This document shows positions 49,101 to 63,940 of a DNA stretch of 64,000 nucleotides, piece by piece. A program made the translations under genes and the position numbers. Every line of letters begins with the position of its first letter. Positions within the stretch are counted from its first letter, which is position 1. The stretch comes from Paraspadella gotoi (taxonomy: Eukaryota; Animalia; Chaetognatha). The notes beneath the pieces are model-generated. The model was not told the origin of the DNA. It saw only the letters and a list, made by a program, of their open reading frames with translations, and ran no database searches. The stretch spans positions 22,865,808 through 22,929,807 of the forward strand of contig CM119269.1 in the NCBI GenBank assembly GCA_051294375.1, given 5' to 3'.

Positions 49101-52100
49101 TCCCGATTTATTGCCTTGTTCTTCACTTTTCGGCGATACTCTGGCAGTACACAGAATGGTGCCCGCCCACTTTTGTCTACTTTTTACCCGCTTTCTCCAT
49201 GCTACGTTCGTCCGTCTGCTATATAGTCGTTAGAGTGGCGCAAAATAGAAGATCTAGAAACCTTTCTCTGCTCTCCGTCTCTCAGCTACCACATTCCTCC
49301 TCAGGATTGAGGCCGCATGATGGACCCTGGTGGAGAAGTCTGTGGGCGGGACTGCTCCTGTGGCAGCAAGACTTAAAGCGCCTCACTGCTTGTTCCCGTT
49401 CCTCAGTCCTTGCAGTCCCTCAATGGTCCTGAGCAGGCTACAATCATATCCCTCCATTCCATTCCCGGTCCGATCTCCCGGGTCTTCTCCCCTCGTCGGT
49501 ACTCATCTAATACTCTTGCCCTCATCTACCCCCGCACGGGAGTATTGCCTGATGCCCTGCTTTCTAATGCCTGGACTAACGCGGTGGCCGGGGCCTATAA
49601 ATCATGGTCACGGGCGTACCAGAGGTCGGCACGCCGGTCTCGTACCGTTCCGAGGGGATGCATTAGTCGGGTTTTTGGCACGATGATGTTTCAATCTGGA
49701 GTTTCAGTTTGGCCGGTTAACTCGATCAGCATGTTTTATTAGTCTTTTTCCGACTCTACTTTGGTTTGGAGCGCTTTCTCATTGGTTTTTGACGGACATT
49801 GAAGGTTCACTGCTAGTTTTCCACTGTTCTGCTCATATTTTACTATTTTACGTTTGATGATCACGTGTTTTTCGTAGGTATGTTTAAAAAGACTAATTAA
49901 AGTTCTAAAAAATTTTTAAAAAAATAAATAAATAATGTTATTAAAAATTTATAAATTTAATTAATAAATAAATTAAGAGTTCGCCGCCTTTTTTCCTTAT
50001 GTTTTTTTTTCTTTTTATCTTTCTACGCAGTTGCGTTTTGTTTGTTTTTGTTTTATTATAGATTATAAATTAAACCGTAACGGTGTAGTTCTTTTCTTTC
50101 TTTAAATTAATCGGTTTCCTTCGCGGAATAAAAGGGGAGCGTGCAATTCTGATACTTAACTGTCCTTTTGTTTATTGTTCTTGTTTTTCTTTCCTTTCTT
50201 TTTATTTTTCCTTTCATTGTATCCTTTCCTTTTCCTCTTTTTTTTTTTGTTTCTTCCATCTCCTTTCCCTTTCTTACTTCTTTCTTGTCTTTCTTTCTTT
50301 CTTTCCTTCTTTCCTTCTTTCAGGCTCTTAGTCTGTTTCTTGCCTGGACGGCTAAGGAGTTCAGAGTCAGTCTTTTTTTCGCTTTCTTCCGTGTCTTTTC
50401 TCTTTCCCTTTTCCTTTCTGCTCCTAATGCTCTCGCATTCGGCGTATCATCCTTCTTTCATTGGCTTTCTCATTTCTTTGCATTCCTGTTATCTTGTTAG
50501 ACTCCTCTTTGAATAGCATACTCCTCCTTTAGGATTCGGTTTGGCAGTTTTGTTAGGAAAGAGCTAAGCTTTAACCCGTGAACAGATTGTTAGATATATT
50601 TATCTTTATGAAGTGCACACGACTGAGTTATAAATTGTTTTTTAGACTCTTTGTATTAGCAGTTCTAGAATACAAGTTATCTTTTTGCCTCAGGCTTTTT
50701 TCTTTTTCTGCTTCTTTTACACGCTAGAAGGACCGCAGAATGTAGCGAAAGAGGAGTTAGACGAGACAGTATTAATAGCGTTAAACGTAATAAGTGAGGG
50801 TTATCATATATCACTATCATAGAAAGGCACTTTGACAACAATTTTGATTTCCGTTACGTGTTATACTTTACTTTTTTTTGTCCTTATTCCATCGATTTAG
50901 TAATACCACACCAAATGGAAACTAGTTATTCTAAAATTCACAACATATGCCGGTAATATCATTCCAACTCATTTCAAATTACAACCCAGTGGTAATACTA
51001 ACCTACTGTGGGCTTCTTAGTCCTTTTTAAGCGGTAACGAAATAACAAATTATAAAGAGTGTATAATCGAATCATCCTATAGCAGTGTCGACTGGTGAAG
51101 GGTTCATGTGGTCCAAATTCTATCTGAGTTTTTTAATGTCAATTGACACGTTGCACTTTGTCCGCTACATAAGATCCAATATTTATTTTTGTGTTCTCAT
51201 CTATTATCTCATGATACGTAGCGACTCTCCTTACCATATCGTCGTTCCTCTTACACATGTTGTCTGCGCCCGCCTACTTGTGAACTAACCTGCGGGTGCG
51301 TTTTCTAAAAAATAGGTTAAAGATTACTAATTTTTCTGTATGGTCGCCCAGTCTCTGTCCTTCAGTTTTTGGTTCTCCGGTGCATTCTTCCTCACCCCTT
51401 TACTTGTCTTTTCTCCTCCATCCCTTTATTTCTCCATACTTTTGATCACGTGAACCCCTTCGCGCGGATTTCCACATGGGGTGTTTGTCTGACCTTCTGC
51501 CTACCATCCAGGTACCCTGGTCGGCTAGAAGTAGAAGATAAGCTTGACATATGTGAGCCGACTCGCAATAACTGCGAAAGGGTGAACCGTCGCAGGACTC
51601 GCAATCATCACATGATTATCTTAGCTATTATTTTTTTTCCCTATTTTATCTATATATGAATAATTCCCACCCTGATAAAATTTAAATATCTCCATATTTT
51701 CATCCCCATTTTCATTAATTATCTGAACTCATATTTGCCATGGCCTTGCTATCTTTTGCCCACCCCAATTGTTCTCTTTTACTCCATTTTCCCGATACTT
51801 CGCACCAAGTGTTCTCCTTGTGTGGTCTCTACAAAGCCTTCCCACATCCTACTCTCTCACAAAGATATTTACGTCTAGTTCCTATAGCGGTCCCTGAAAG
51901 GCGAAATGCGCTCTTTCATATTCCCAAACATTGACTCTTCTCACCAGTCCCGATGTTCTGATGCGCGATTCTGCGCCAACGGCCACAGTATCTTCTTCTC
52001 TCATTGATTCAGGAGTGCTGCTATAGAGTGGTATTTTCTCATTAATGTTGTGCCTAAATGTTTCTACAAGCGGACCACTGCATTAGTTTATGTACTTGCG

Positions 52101-54274
52101 TGAGATTTGAAGTATATTCGACAAAATACACGACTCATAACTATAGTCTTCGCGCTCTGAGATCAAGAGCCGGGAGCTTTTGTCCTCCACGCATCGACTG
52201 TCAGATAGACAGTGGAAATGAGAAACAGGAGCTAAGGCAGGCATGTATGAAAGTACATCGAAACCGAAAGCCTGTGGAAACACAAGGAAAAACAGACGAT
52301 TAATCGGAACGGGCACACATCGGTTCGAGCTCAGATTGTGGTGCATTGAATCGCGTATCCTATTCCTCCGGGTCGCGTCGCTCTGAGCGATTCCGTCTAT
52401 ACAGGAATCATACCGCTCTGGTCGTGTCGGCTGCTTCAGATGAGGATAGGTCCAGGTGCTTAGATACTTGTTCTACTCTTACAAAAGTTTTGATAATTTA
52501 GACTTCCAAAGTTAGCATATAGATAGTTCTATATTTGTGGAGAATGTTTTAGGTGGCCCAGACTGAACGAAAAGTTAAGCGGGGGGAGCAGTAGAACCAG
52601 AGAGTCGTTCAGATGAAATAAGTAGATGACAAGATGCGAGATCGAAATAGTAAAGTCATGATTAGATGAATTGAGAGATGAAATTCGGAAGAAAAGATGG
52701 CGTTGATAGACGCAAGGTACGTGTTTGAGAGACGAAGTTTGGGCTAGGTTTTCCACGTGTACATCCTTTTCATTCTTTGTCTAATGGTGACCCGAGAGCA
52801 CTAAGGGCCATTGGAATAACAATCTGTGTTTTGAGGTCGGGCGCGTTTATCAGAGTCAGTGGCGAATGGTGTCTCACTACGCGGAGGTCTGTGATGAGTA
52901 TGGAGTTGGTGAGTGGGTGTGTGTAAGTAAGGGAACAGAGAGCAGAGAGAGAGAGCAGAGAGAGAGAGATGAGATTGGTGATTTTTAAGAGATAATGGAA
53001 TGAAGAAATGAATAAATTAGTTGATGAATAATAAAGATAAAACATAATATAAATGAATTAATTAAACTAACAATGATTTGTGAATAAATGATAGGTATAC
53101 AAAGGGAGGTCCGTGAAGAAAGTACCGACAGCTGAAAGCCATGAGATTATCAGTCCTTTCTCTGGCTTAACTCTTTATACTCGCCAGGTGAAGTAATTCT
53201 CTATCGTTAGGGAGAATGCTGTGAAATCAGATCCAACGGAAGCAGAATATAAAAGGTCTGGTCTCGTCATATTCGAGTCTAGATTGAGCCTTCTCTAGTA
53301 TGATGTAGACACTCTTCGGCACTTCTTACTTCGTTCTTCAGCATACGCGGAGAAAATGTGGGGTAAGCAGTAAGAACTCTAGGGAGAATAAGGAAATGGA
53401 GAGAGAGAGAGAGAGAAAAAGTTAGCAGAAAACGTATCAAAATATAACAAAGAGAGCAACAAAGATTTAAAAGATGAGAAACTGGACATGAATGATGAGA
53501 AGGCGATAAACCAGACGGCAAATGTGGAAATGAAAGACGAGAGAGAGAGAGTCATGAGAGAGATGTTGATCGATAGAAGAGACGTGAGGAGAGACAGAGA
53601 CTGTCGAAGCGCCGAAAATGTCAAGATAGTTTACATCAGAAAAGATGCAACATGTATGTTACAATCGCCTTCAGAAACAAATCAGCCTACCTCCGTTTGG
53701 GTCTGAGCGTAGTCTTAGTGTGCTTAGTTGTGGCGAGAAGATCTCGCGCGTCGGTTAATAGGTGGCATTCTACTTTTGGTATTTTTGAACAAAATAATCC
53801 TCCGAGAGACGAGGTATATCTAGGCCTACTAAGATGGTGAGCCTAAGCAAATTACTTACTTGACCCCTCGAGGGTCGGCAGCCCACCAATATATGCCTTT
53901 TTTTCAACTATAAATTATTTTTAAGTGAGGCCCCACTATAGGAGCCCACTCCAGGGGGAATCCCACACAGCGGGATCTATAGAGAGAAATTATGCAACCT
54001 TTAGCCCTCTGGGAAAGCACCCGCAGGGGAATTGAATTTCGCCTGCGTCCACTGGAAACGGCTATCTCCAACTTCACTCTAACCTATACCAAATCTACCT
54101 CAAAATTACTTTTACTTATTAATTTCCTTTCTCCTTCTCTCTCTCCTCTTAACTCTTTCCTCCTTTTGCTCGTCTTTCTCTATCTGCTTTTCTGTTTTTA
54201 CAATTTCTTTTATTAAAATAAATTAATAAATAAATAATATATTTCAACTTCAATTAATCAATATCCAAATATGC

Positions 54275-54660
54275 AATAATTTCGGTCAACTTGCATGTCA
54301 AATCGACATAATTGGGTCAACTGGACAATAATTTGGAAACAACTGATAATAAAATTTGTGTCAACTTTTAAAATTTTGTAACTTTATAATTTGGTCAACT
54401 TTTATAATTGGTCAACTTTCACAATTTGGTCAACTTTCTTACAATTTGGTCAACTTTCACAAATTTCGGTCAACTGACATAATTGTTGTAATTTTTGTTA
54501 TAATTTTTAGTCAACTTGCATAATTTGGTTAACCTTTATAATTTGGATCATACTGATATAATTTGGTCAACTGATATATATTTCTTGGTTCACTTTTTAA
54601 TTTGGTAGACTTTTTATAATTATGGTAAACCTTTCATAATTTGGTCAACTGTCATAATTG
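54275..54660. repeat. ~17-bp minisatellite (ATAATTTGGTCAACTTT)n
   Basis: About 20 units; the reverse-complement array is at 63455-63940 and its edge also at 58499-58530. Confidence 0.9.
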
Positions 54661-57600
54661 TTTAATTTCTGTATGCGTATGGCGTCTGGCGATTGGGTAA
54701 TTTTTTATTTATCTGTACGGGGAGTGGGCATTTTTTATAATAATGTGCTTTTGTGTTTTTTCTTTCTTTTTCTTTTCTCATGTCGCCTGGGTTCCTTTAT
54801 TTTAGATTTCTCACATAATTTTGATATATCATACTTATATATATGATGTATGTAAGCTGGTGGTTTTTTTTGCTTTCCCCCTATCCTTCCATCTTCCCAC
54901 TTCTTTTTATTCCGTCCTTTTCGTCGTCCCTCTAGCCGTTAATACTCATTATCTGATATTATTTCCCTTTTCTGAACTGCGCGTCGGCTTCACCCCTGTT
55001 CTCTTCTCCTTCTTCTGTTCCGTCTCTGCTCGTGCTGCGTGCTCTCCGTTGCCCTTCCTTTCTTCTCCCCGCCTCACTTCTCCTCCCGTGCGTTCTGCGG
55101 CACTCTCTTCCTCCTGACACTTCATCCTCCTCTCTCCTGCCTTCCTTTCTTCCCTCGCCCCTCCCTGTATCTATTTTCCTTTACTCCCTCTCCCTCTCTC
55201 GCCGATGCCGCGAGCGCTCCACCCAGCATCCGGCTCTGCGCCTCCTGCCGTCCGCCCGCGTCTTCTTCTCTGATCGTGCCTCTCTTATATTTCCTCGTCC
55301 CTCATGCGCTTCTAATTTGATATGAAAAAGCTCAAGCTTTTGCATTCCGTAATTGTTGTTTTCAGCTTTTGTTCGCACGCGCTCGTCATCTGTCTCTCTT
55401 ATCTCTGGGGAGAGCTCGGCTTCAGTTTGCTCGTTCTTTCTCTTCCCTGCTCCCTTTCGCCGGGGCGTGATTCCTCCCGCGGATCGTCCTTGGCGAGGGC
55501 GCCGTCGCTCTCTGCACTCATCTCTCTCTCTCCTCCGGGGCCTTTGGGTCTTGCTGGCTCCCCTATGCCGCTCCGGATCTCAGTTCGTCTTACTCTCGTC
55601 TCTTTCTTTCTTTTTTCTTTCTTGCAGTCGCTCCGGACGGGAGGTTGGTCATCTCGCCCGCTCGGGTTCTATTTTGTCTTTAGATTGAAAAAAAAAGCCT
55701 TTTTTTGCTTCCAATTATTTCACTTTTTTACTGAGTTGGAACTGAGCGGCTCTCTCCTCTCATCTCTCGCTCCTCTCTCTCTCATCGTCTCCGAATTAGA
55801 TACTCAATCAGTTATTCTCCAAATTGATCTCCATGTACTCTCTCATCCATCCTCGGTCCTCGTACAGGAGTTAAGCCGCAACAGATGGAAGATGAAGTGA
55901 TCGGTTAGATAGCATGCAAAACTAAGAAGATCCTCGCGCATAATTTTATTTCCTCGTGGTTGAAAGTGAAAACGAGGTTCGGAAGAAATTCATAGTAACA
56001 TAAACAACAAAAGGGAGAGTGTACGAGAATCGGCAGGTATTTAACTGTAGTATTAAATAGGTGCTCAAGTAAAGGAATGATAGTATTATATATACTCATG
56101 TTAATGGGAAAACTAAAAGGCGGCAGTGGATAAATCTTATTATGGTTTTATTTACCTTGACTTTTAAAAAACTTGAAGAACTAAGTTGGGTTATATTTTA
56201 ATGAGGTTCGTGACATTATTTTTTTTATTTTTGTCTTCAACCTTTGTGTACTTATTTAATCCCACTCGTAATAGCATTGAAATTATTATAATCTTTATAT
56301 GCATTAGACTAAGTCTCATGACAGAAAAAAATAGATCATCCAGAGAATCCTAGGTTTAATATTTCAAAATATTCTTTGACCGCCAATGAGAATTGTTAAG
56401 AATGGTCAATAATTGCTATTATTTGTTTTCAAAAAAATCCGACCATAAATATAAGAAAATATTAACAACAAAATCCTTCGGAAAAATCCACCCCTTCTTT
56501 GTAGATTTCGGCCAATAGATTTTTCCGAATCTGACTCCCGATTGAAAAATAATCTCTAGAAGTCCGATCGTAAGTAAGCTCCTCTTTTACTTTTACTTTA
56601 AATAAAAATCTTCAGGCAAAATGGATAATTCACTTTAAATGAATTAATCATTATTAAAAAAGATAACCATAAGAAATGTAGCAAAATTTTGAAGAGCTCC
56701 CCCCCTTAACAGACATATTGCTTATCAGATTCCTGAATTCGAAGTTTATTGTAAAATGACAACATCACCTTAAATGCGGTTACATGGCGTAGAAGTAAGA
56801 GAATCCCTTTATTTTATATATAAAAAAATGCAGTTCAAAAATAACTTTTCCCTGGAGCGGAGAAACCAGTCCATTTTGAATAACGACAGGTTCAATGTCA
56901 AAGATGTGCTGTATAAAATGATTCAAAGAGAAAAACATTGCGAGTCCCTTTCAGATGCAACTATGGATCGGAATCGAAAGTGTTTTTACATTCTATTTTT
57001 TACTTCTCTACCACAATTTTTTATCACTCCAGGGGCGTGGAAGTTATTTGGCTCTAGCTGGTGTGATATTTGGATTCTAGTATTTGACAAACTGAAAGAT
57101 CCCCAATTGAAAAAGTCTCATCGATTCGCTCTAATGAAACGACGTAGACCCATACACTTGGCAGTGAGTCCTACGAAATAGACCTTTCTCAAACTCTTGA
57201 TTTCTAACTATTAAAATTAACTAACTTTCTAGTGTCTCGTTTGATTTCCTTTGGTATTCTTGATTTTAAAAATCGCACTGGATAGTTATCTATCAGAATC
57301 TTGCAAGCAGGGGAACGCACTGTTGCTTATTCTATTATAAGTCAATTCGCTATACGAACAAAGAGGTTCTTTCACAAGTTTGAACACTGAATCTGAGCTG
57401 AAAAATATATTTTCTAATATGCGAGTTATAAAAATCTACTGTAATATTGGCTTTAAAAATATTTTTAAAATTTAAGCTTTTCGTGAGAAGAAATGTAGCG
57501 GTCAGACGACCCTCTTTCTTTGGTGGATCGTCGAAGAAAAAATGGCGAACGTCGCCGTTCTCATTTGCTAGCTCGCTTCTCTCCCTCAATCGGCAGCAGC

Positions 57601-58685
57601 CCTTTTTCCGCCGTTTGTGATCGCTTGAGTTAATGCATGCCCGGAGTTAACGCGTTCGCCGAGATATCCGTTAGCCGCCGTTTAGCTTGAGTCCTTCTGG
57701 CGCTGTGAAGGGTCTGACGAGAGGAGGAGTGTTGTCGAACGTGAATTTGTTGCGGGGTGCTGTGACTGATCATCGAAAGAAAGAGATGTGAGCTGTAGGT
57801 TTCTTAGTTATGTGAAGCTAGGGTTGTTGATTAAAAAAAGTCACAAACGAATACGGTTTGGTATTCAAGTCCGAAAGAGAAAACTTTTTTAATGTCCCGA
57901 AAAAATTCCCCGTCAAAACCAATATTACGTGTCGGGCAAAATGAATTTCAAAGGGTAGTCTTAAATCAAATACTAAGAATGTGTGCTCTATCTCAAAAAT
58001 TGACACGGGCCATGTATTAAAAGAACACCGGTAATAATTATTGAGAAGTTACCATGTAGACGGCTTTTAATTAGTAGACGAGAAAAGAGACGAGAAATTT
58101 AGAGTAAGGCGTAACATTATCAATATTCGTTCGAAACAGCAATCGGCCGTCATTTGTCCAAGTGATGACGATTCTTGTCTCGCGCCCTATTCCAACGGAT
58201 CAAACCTGCAGCTGAATTCATCGCCCGTAAAGTCGTTCGTCGTTTTTCCGCGTCCTTACGAGTGCGTTCTACTGCGTGTCTCTCTCTCTCTCTCTTTCCT
58301 CTCTTATCTTCCAAGTGCCAGAATACTTGGTTCTTGGTAAGCGTCTCCTCTCATTTAAAATATGTATCCGTCTCAGATCCCATGAATAAGACTGTTGAAT
58401 TTTCCTGTCGACTGCGCCTCTTGCATGAAACCTAGCATTGGTTTGTGTTTCGGTTGATAGGTTCCCGATTACANNNNNNNNNNNNNNNNNNNNNNNNNTT
58501 TTGACATGCAAGTTGACCAAATTATGCATATTGGTATTGATTAATTGAAGTGAAAATATATTATTTTTATTTTTTCATAATTTGATTTTACATAAAAGAT
58601 GAAAAAAGAAAAGAGGATAGAGAAAGAGAGAAAGAGAGTGAGAGAGAGAGAGAGAGAAATTAGGAGGGGGAGAGAGAGAGCCGTT

Positions 58686-58912
58686 ACCAGGGGGCAGGCA
58701 AATTCATTCTCCCTGCGGGGTGGCCCCCAGGGGAACAGGTCTTTTTCTAGCCCCTGGGGGTTCCCCCTGGAGTGGCCCCTGCGGGCCCAAAAAAGAAGGG
58801 GCTATAGGGGCCGCCCCCAGCGCAGTAAGAATTGCTTGCCCCCCGGGCGCCAGTTCCCGGCGCGGGCCACCCCGAGGGCCGCCCTCAGCAGCGCCCCGGG
58901 GGAGGCGATTCT
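58686..58912. mobile_element. GC-rich ~230-bp MITE-like repeat
   Basis: GGCCGCCCTCAGCAGCGCCCCGGGG mirrors CCCCGGGGCGGCTCTGAGGGCGGCC at about 62394; internal CAGGGGAAC/GTTCCCCCTG; noisy inverted copy at about 53845-54050. Confidence 0.5.
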
Positions 58913-61384
58913 CTGAAGGTATGACATACTTGCATCTATTCTGTTCTTCTGACTTTTCGCCATTGCGTCTGTCTTGCGTCTCTCGTCCTCTTCATCTCTC
59001 TGCTCTCTCTCTATCTCTGCTCTCTCTCCTTCCTTCCAGCTTTTGCCATTTTTAATGCGCCCATATCTAGAATGTTTTCTCCATTTAATCCTTTTTGTCT
59101 TCTTGTTATTTTTGACGTTTTCTTCTCTCTCTCTCTCTCTCTCCTCTTTCTCTTTCTCTGCCTTTAATTCCTTCTTCGCTCCCATCTCTTTGGCTTGGTG
59201 TTTTCTTCAGCTCGTGATAAATTTTTTAAATATTGTTAGTTTAATTAAATTCATTCATTTAGTTTTATGTTTTATCTTTTTATCATAATGAATTTAATTC
59301 ATTTTTCTTTCATTATCTTCTTAAATAATCACCAATCTTGCAATCTCCTCGTGCTCTCGGTCTTTCTCGTCTGTCCTCTCTCTCGTCACGCACACACACT
59401 CACACTCATAACTCACAGACTGCCGTAGTTCACATTCGCCAACGAAAGCGGAAAAAACTGTTTTTTTTTTCGGTCCTGAGGAAAGAAAATTCGCAATCAA
59501 GGCGCAATCGAATCATCCTAATATTACATTTGATACATTACTATTACTAATGCTAGTATAAATTTTAACAAACATCCCAGTTAATTTATAAACTTTTAAT
59601 CTGTTTTAAAAATGATCCAGCTGGACAATCAGACCGCACGCACCAAAAATTGATTTATATGACAGTTCCTCGCGCAGTGACGGAGACTCAGCGACGACGC
59701 CCATTAATGCGAAGAGTGAAAGACGTGCAGTGCGTTCTACCTCACGCACTCGTCTCTGCTGTCGTACGCTCGATAGCAGATGGCAGCGACGATCTCGATC
59801 GACGACAAACGTGCAGGGGTTTCAGTTGCTCGCTGCAACCACTGCGCGCGACTCTGACCATCCAAAAAACCTCAGCGAGACGGAGGAGCAATGAGAAGGA
59901 AACTTCCGTCGCCAGACCGCAATGGTGAACACAATGGAGAATGCCGACTGACAGGAAATACAGAAGGATGGCAAAAATCTGCAGAAATGGCGGGAATCGG
60001 ATGGAACTTGGAACATGCGGGAAAGAGTGAAATTGTAAAAATGGAAATCGCCGACAGACAAGAAGATCAATGGAAGATCGACACATGGAAACTGGCGGCT
60101 AGCCTGCAAATCGATGACGCACGAAGCGAATGGGCCGAAAAAGCAAAACGTGGTAAAACAATTGGTGAAAGTGATGAAATAAGACGTAATAATCGAAATA
60201 TATGTCAAATCGTAGGCCAACTATCACCCCTGGAGATAAAGTGGAAAAACACGCAAGAACGAAGATTAGAAAAAATGCATAAGACTATGGTGGCCAGTGC
60301 GAACATTAGCAGCAAACTTAGTAACTGATGCATAATTTGGAAGCAATAAAGCACGGGCATACAGGTCATAAATGGGAAGTCGCGGACGTCGCGTGCGCGT
60401 CATAAGCATTTATGAAAATAACATCAAACAGAAAAATGGACGGATCACGTCTGCGTACGACGTACGGCTCAGCTCGCCAATCACTGTAATGCATTTAAAA
60501 TGGATACTGAGATCGCTTATGTCCCATTTAAAGGTACAAGTCGTCTTACATCGATGCATTACACCTTCACGCTTGTAACTTCATTAAAGGTTACCAAGTG
60601 GATTTTGGCGCATGGTGAACATAAGAGCTATCACAAAGCACTCAAGATTTAGTGAACGTCTCTGGAATCCACCGCTTAATTCTGACTCGTCTAAGGACCG
60701 ACCTCTGAGGTGGTGTAGAAGTGTCGCGTCTCCCCACGATCTTCGTCGTCCGGCACCAAGGCTCTCTCTCTCTCTCTGCGCCCATTTCTGGCGCCGCGTC
60801 AGCTCCCTCACACTCGTACTACAAGAGAGAGCACGACGCGTGTACAGATTTAGTTTTCCTCGTGTGTGATTTCTTCCTCGAGTCCACTCACTTCGCTAAG
60901 AGCCTGTCTAACTGACCTGTTCGCGCGCTGCAGCTGGTGCCTTATTCAAGGGAGTCCGTGATAACGACGGTACTGAGATGAGAGCGAAGCACGATGAGAC
61001 GATATGACCGAAGCCGAGCGCGCGAAAGGCCCTTCTTGCTATGAGTAGCTCAGATTGGGTGACGCTGCGAGAGCAGTAGTCTACGATGATGAGCAGAGAG
61101 ATGCATCTCTCTTTCTCTCTTACGAGACTCCTTGATCCCCAGTCTTAAAGCTTTACGAGTGTATCGAGGAAAAATTCACACAGGAAACTACTCACTCTCT
61201 CTCTCTTACATGAAGACCGCAGAAATGAGAGAGAGAGAGAGAGAGAGTTTCCCTGGGCGATCCACCCTCGTTAGTCAGAAAATTAACTTTCCTAATCTTA
61301 TCTTTTTTTCCAAATCCTTTATTTAATAATCAATTAAGTTAATCATTTAATCCTTTAATCATTTTATCATTTAATCATTACATG

Positions 61385-61702
61385 ATTTCCCTATTTCCAT
61401 TTTTTAATTTCTAATTTTCCCCATTTCCATTTTCCTCTTTTTTCATTATTCTATTTCTTATTTCCCCATTTCCATTTTTCTATTTCTCTTTTTTTTCCAT
61501 TTCTCATTTTCCCCATTTACATTTTTTATTTCTTATTTCTCCATTTCCATTTTTACATTTTTTTTTTCCCATTTCTCATTTTCCCCATTTCCATTTTTCC
61601 ATTTCTTATTTCTCCATTTCCATTTTTACATTTCTCTTTTCCCATTTCCAATTCTCATTTTCCCCCATTTCCATTTTTCCATTTCTTATTTCTCCATTTC
61701 CA
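61385..61702. repeat. Pyrimidine-rich minisatellite (TTCCCCATTTCCATTTT)n
   Basis: Repeated CCCATTTCCATTTT and TTCTTATTTC units. Confidence 0.9.
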
Positions 61703-62375
61703 NNNNNNNNNNNNNNNNNNNNNNNNNTTCTTATCCAATAGTCCACGTTACGATGTGTCAGCTGAGGTCGCTTGTTTGTGTCTTATTTTGGAAATCTATT
61801 TGTATTGTCGAATTCGAGGTAAAAAATCGTCTTCTGAGTTTTAAATTATTGTATCTGTTACAATTCTAACGAAACAATATAATTTGGCCCCCAAACCGGG
61901 TTTTTTGCATAGTGCAAAAAGACGAGCGAATGTTATATCGAATTTCCGGTGCCTAACAAGATTTTTATATTCATTGTTTTTAAGAATTCACATTTTAATT
62001 TTTATTTTTAAAGTTTATAGAAGATTCCTTCTTTGCTTTTTACTGATGATTATAATACTGCTTAATATGCTCGATTAAATATGCTTTTCCTAATCTTTTT
62101 CTCTGCGTACACCTCCTCCTTTTTAGTTTTCAGTATTTTATTTCATTCATTTATTCATGTCATTGCCATTCATTGTTCATTCGATTTCCCATTTATTTGC
62201 GCTGTTACTTTACAATCACAATTCATGTCAATTTTGTATAATTTTTTTTCTGACATGTGATTAGCATATTGTCGACTTTAGTTTTCTCACACTTGTCCAT
62301 TTTTTTTTTTCAATTTTTTTTTTTTTTTTTTTTCTTATGTCCAACTTGTCCATCATTTCGAGATATTGTCAATCT

Positions 62376-62620
62376 CCCCTAAATCCTCCGCGCCCCGGGG
62401 CGGCTCTGAGGGCGGCCGCGCAGGGGGCAAGACTCATTCCAGGGGAGAGCAGGGCAAAGATGGCTCATTGAGAGGGCGCCCTCTAATAGACCCAAAATGT
62501 TGTGCCCCAGGGGAACCCCCCTGGGGACGGCCCCTGTGTGTGCGGGCGGGCCAAAAAAAGTCTTGCCCCTTGGGGGGTAACACCCTTGGGGAGCCAAAAA
62601 GTGCTCAGCCGCCAGGGGCG
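62376..62620. mobile_element. GC-rich MITE-like repeat, inverted relative to 58686-58912
   Basis: GGCGGCTCTGAG at the left and CTCAGCCGCC at the right form an imperfect inverted pair. Confidence 0.5.
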
Positions 62621-63454
62621 AAGTTAAGGAGAGAGGGCAAAGATTTAGATAGAAGAATATACTTTTCTTGACAATGTTATCTGTATTCTGAGAATCTCTC
62701 TCCCTTGTCTGTTAGCTCTCTCTTTCTCTCTTTCTCTCACACTTTATCTGCTCTTTCTCGTCTCTTTTTTTCTAAGTCCTTTTTCTTTTTCTTTCTTTTT
62801 TTTTCTTACTCTCATGCTCTATCTTTTTCTCTCTCTCTATCTTTTCAAGACTTGTTTTATGTACATTAAAAAAATATACATTTTTTTTTTCCAAATTATT
62901 GTGAAACGTGAAATGATTTTTTTCTTCATTTAAGAATTTTGTATTATAATTGTCAGTTTGTAGATTGCTCAGATGAAACTCACTGTTAATTGAGGAAGGG
63001 CTGATGGTGTTGAGAGAGAAAGGTGAGCAAAACTTTATATCTAGCTCAGTCAGACACGTTTTCTAGCCGCACTAACAAGATTTTAATTCGGCAATCCATT
63101 ATCTAATTCATCGAATAATTTGGAGTTTAAATGCTAATGTGGGGACGGTACTTAAAGACTGATCATCTAACTAATTAAGTTAATTAATTAAGTTAATTAA
63201 TTTTTTTTTATTAAGTGAATTAAAAAAATAAAACTCATCCTACGTATTTATTCTACTATTTAGAAATTTCATAGTGAATAAAAATATAAATTTTTGTGTG
63301 TGGGTAGAAAAGTATGCAAAGTGAGTTTTAATAGAAAAAAACAAAAGTCACATTTAACTTGAATTCTTATTAACAAAATTTCCTGTCACTCTTTTCTCTC
63401 TCTTTTTATTTTTTACCAGATGAACATTAATAATCTAGCTAATTGATTTAGTTG

Positions 63455-63940
63455 ATTGTTGACATGCAAATTAGCGCAAGTTTGACCAAATTACGGGCAA
63501 TTTGACCCCAAAAAAAAAAAAAGTTATGACAGTTGACCAAAATTATGACAGTTGGACGCAAATTTGATTGAAAGTTACGCAAATTATAAAAAGTCTACCA
63601 AATTATAAAAGTTGACAAACTTATAACTCAGTTTGACCAAATTATATCAGTTGACGCAAATTTATAGAAGGTTAACCGAAATTATGGCATCAGTTGACAT
63701 AAATTATAAACAAAAATTACAAAATTAAATGTCAGTTACCAAAATTGTGAAAAGTTGACACAATTGTGAAAGTTGACCAAATTGTGAAAGTTGACCGGCG
63801 AATTAATAAAGTTGACCGAAATTATAAAAGTTGTAGCAACAATTTTAAAAAGTTGACAACCAAAATTATATCAGTTGTCCAAATTATCGTCAGTTGACGC
63901 AAATTATGTCATTTGACATGGCAAGTTGAGAGCAAATTAT
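63455..63940. repeat. ~17-bp minisatellite (AAAGTTGACCAAATTAT)n
   Basis: Reverse complement of 54275-54660 with the same flank; 63912-64000 also repeats 58499-58590. Confidence 0.9.

Larger units (their letters stand above)
43384..49230. other. One locus present four times in alternating orientation, with low-quality inserts
   Basis: The unit 46200-46870 (+) recurs at 43384-43740 (-), 46970-47590 (-) and 48545-49230 (+). 45180-45540 mirrors 45800-46130, and 44628-44712 mirrors 46125-46205. Confidence 0.9.

Noticed and set aside
43760-53900. GC-balanced segments (43760-44620, 47590-48540, 49260-49700, 50700-53900) as foreign or horizontally acquired DNA
   Set aside because: They interrupt mirrored copies of neighbouring sequence, contain garbled versions of it (e.g. 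F1 at 51700-52035) and have no credible ORF; consistent with low-quality read stretches.
54275-54660. CRISPR-like arrays (also 7569-7745, 30203-30380, 63455-63940)
   Set aside because: Head-to-tail minisatellites or very short motifs without constant-length unique spacers; no cas genes; eukaryotic context.
59891-60328. 145-aa ORF with protein-like composition
   Set aside because: The recurring AATGGAA suggests a noisy reverse complement of the (TTCCATT) minisatellite at 61385-61702, and 60400-60700 loosely mirrors 61270-61380; probably a read artefact.
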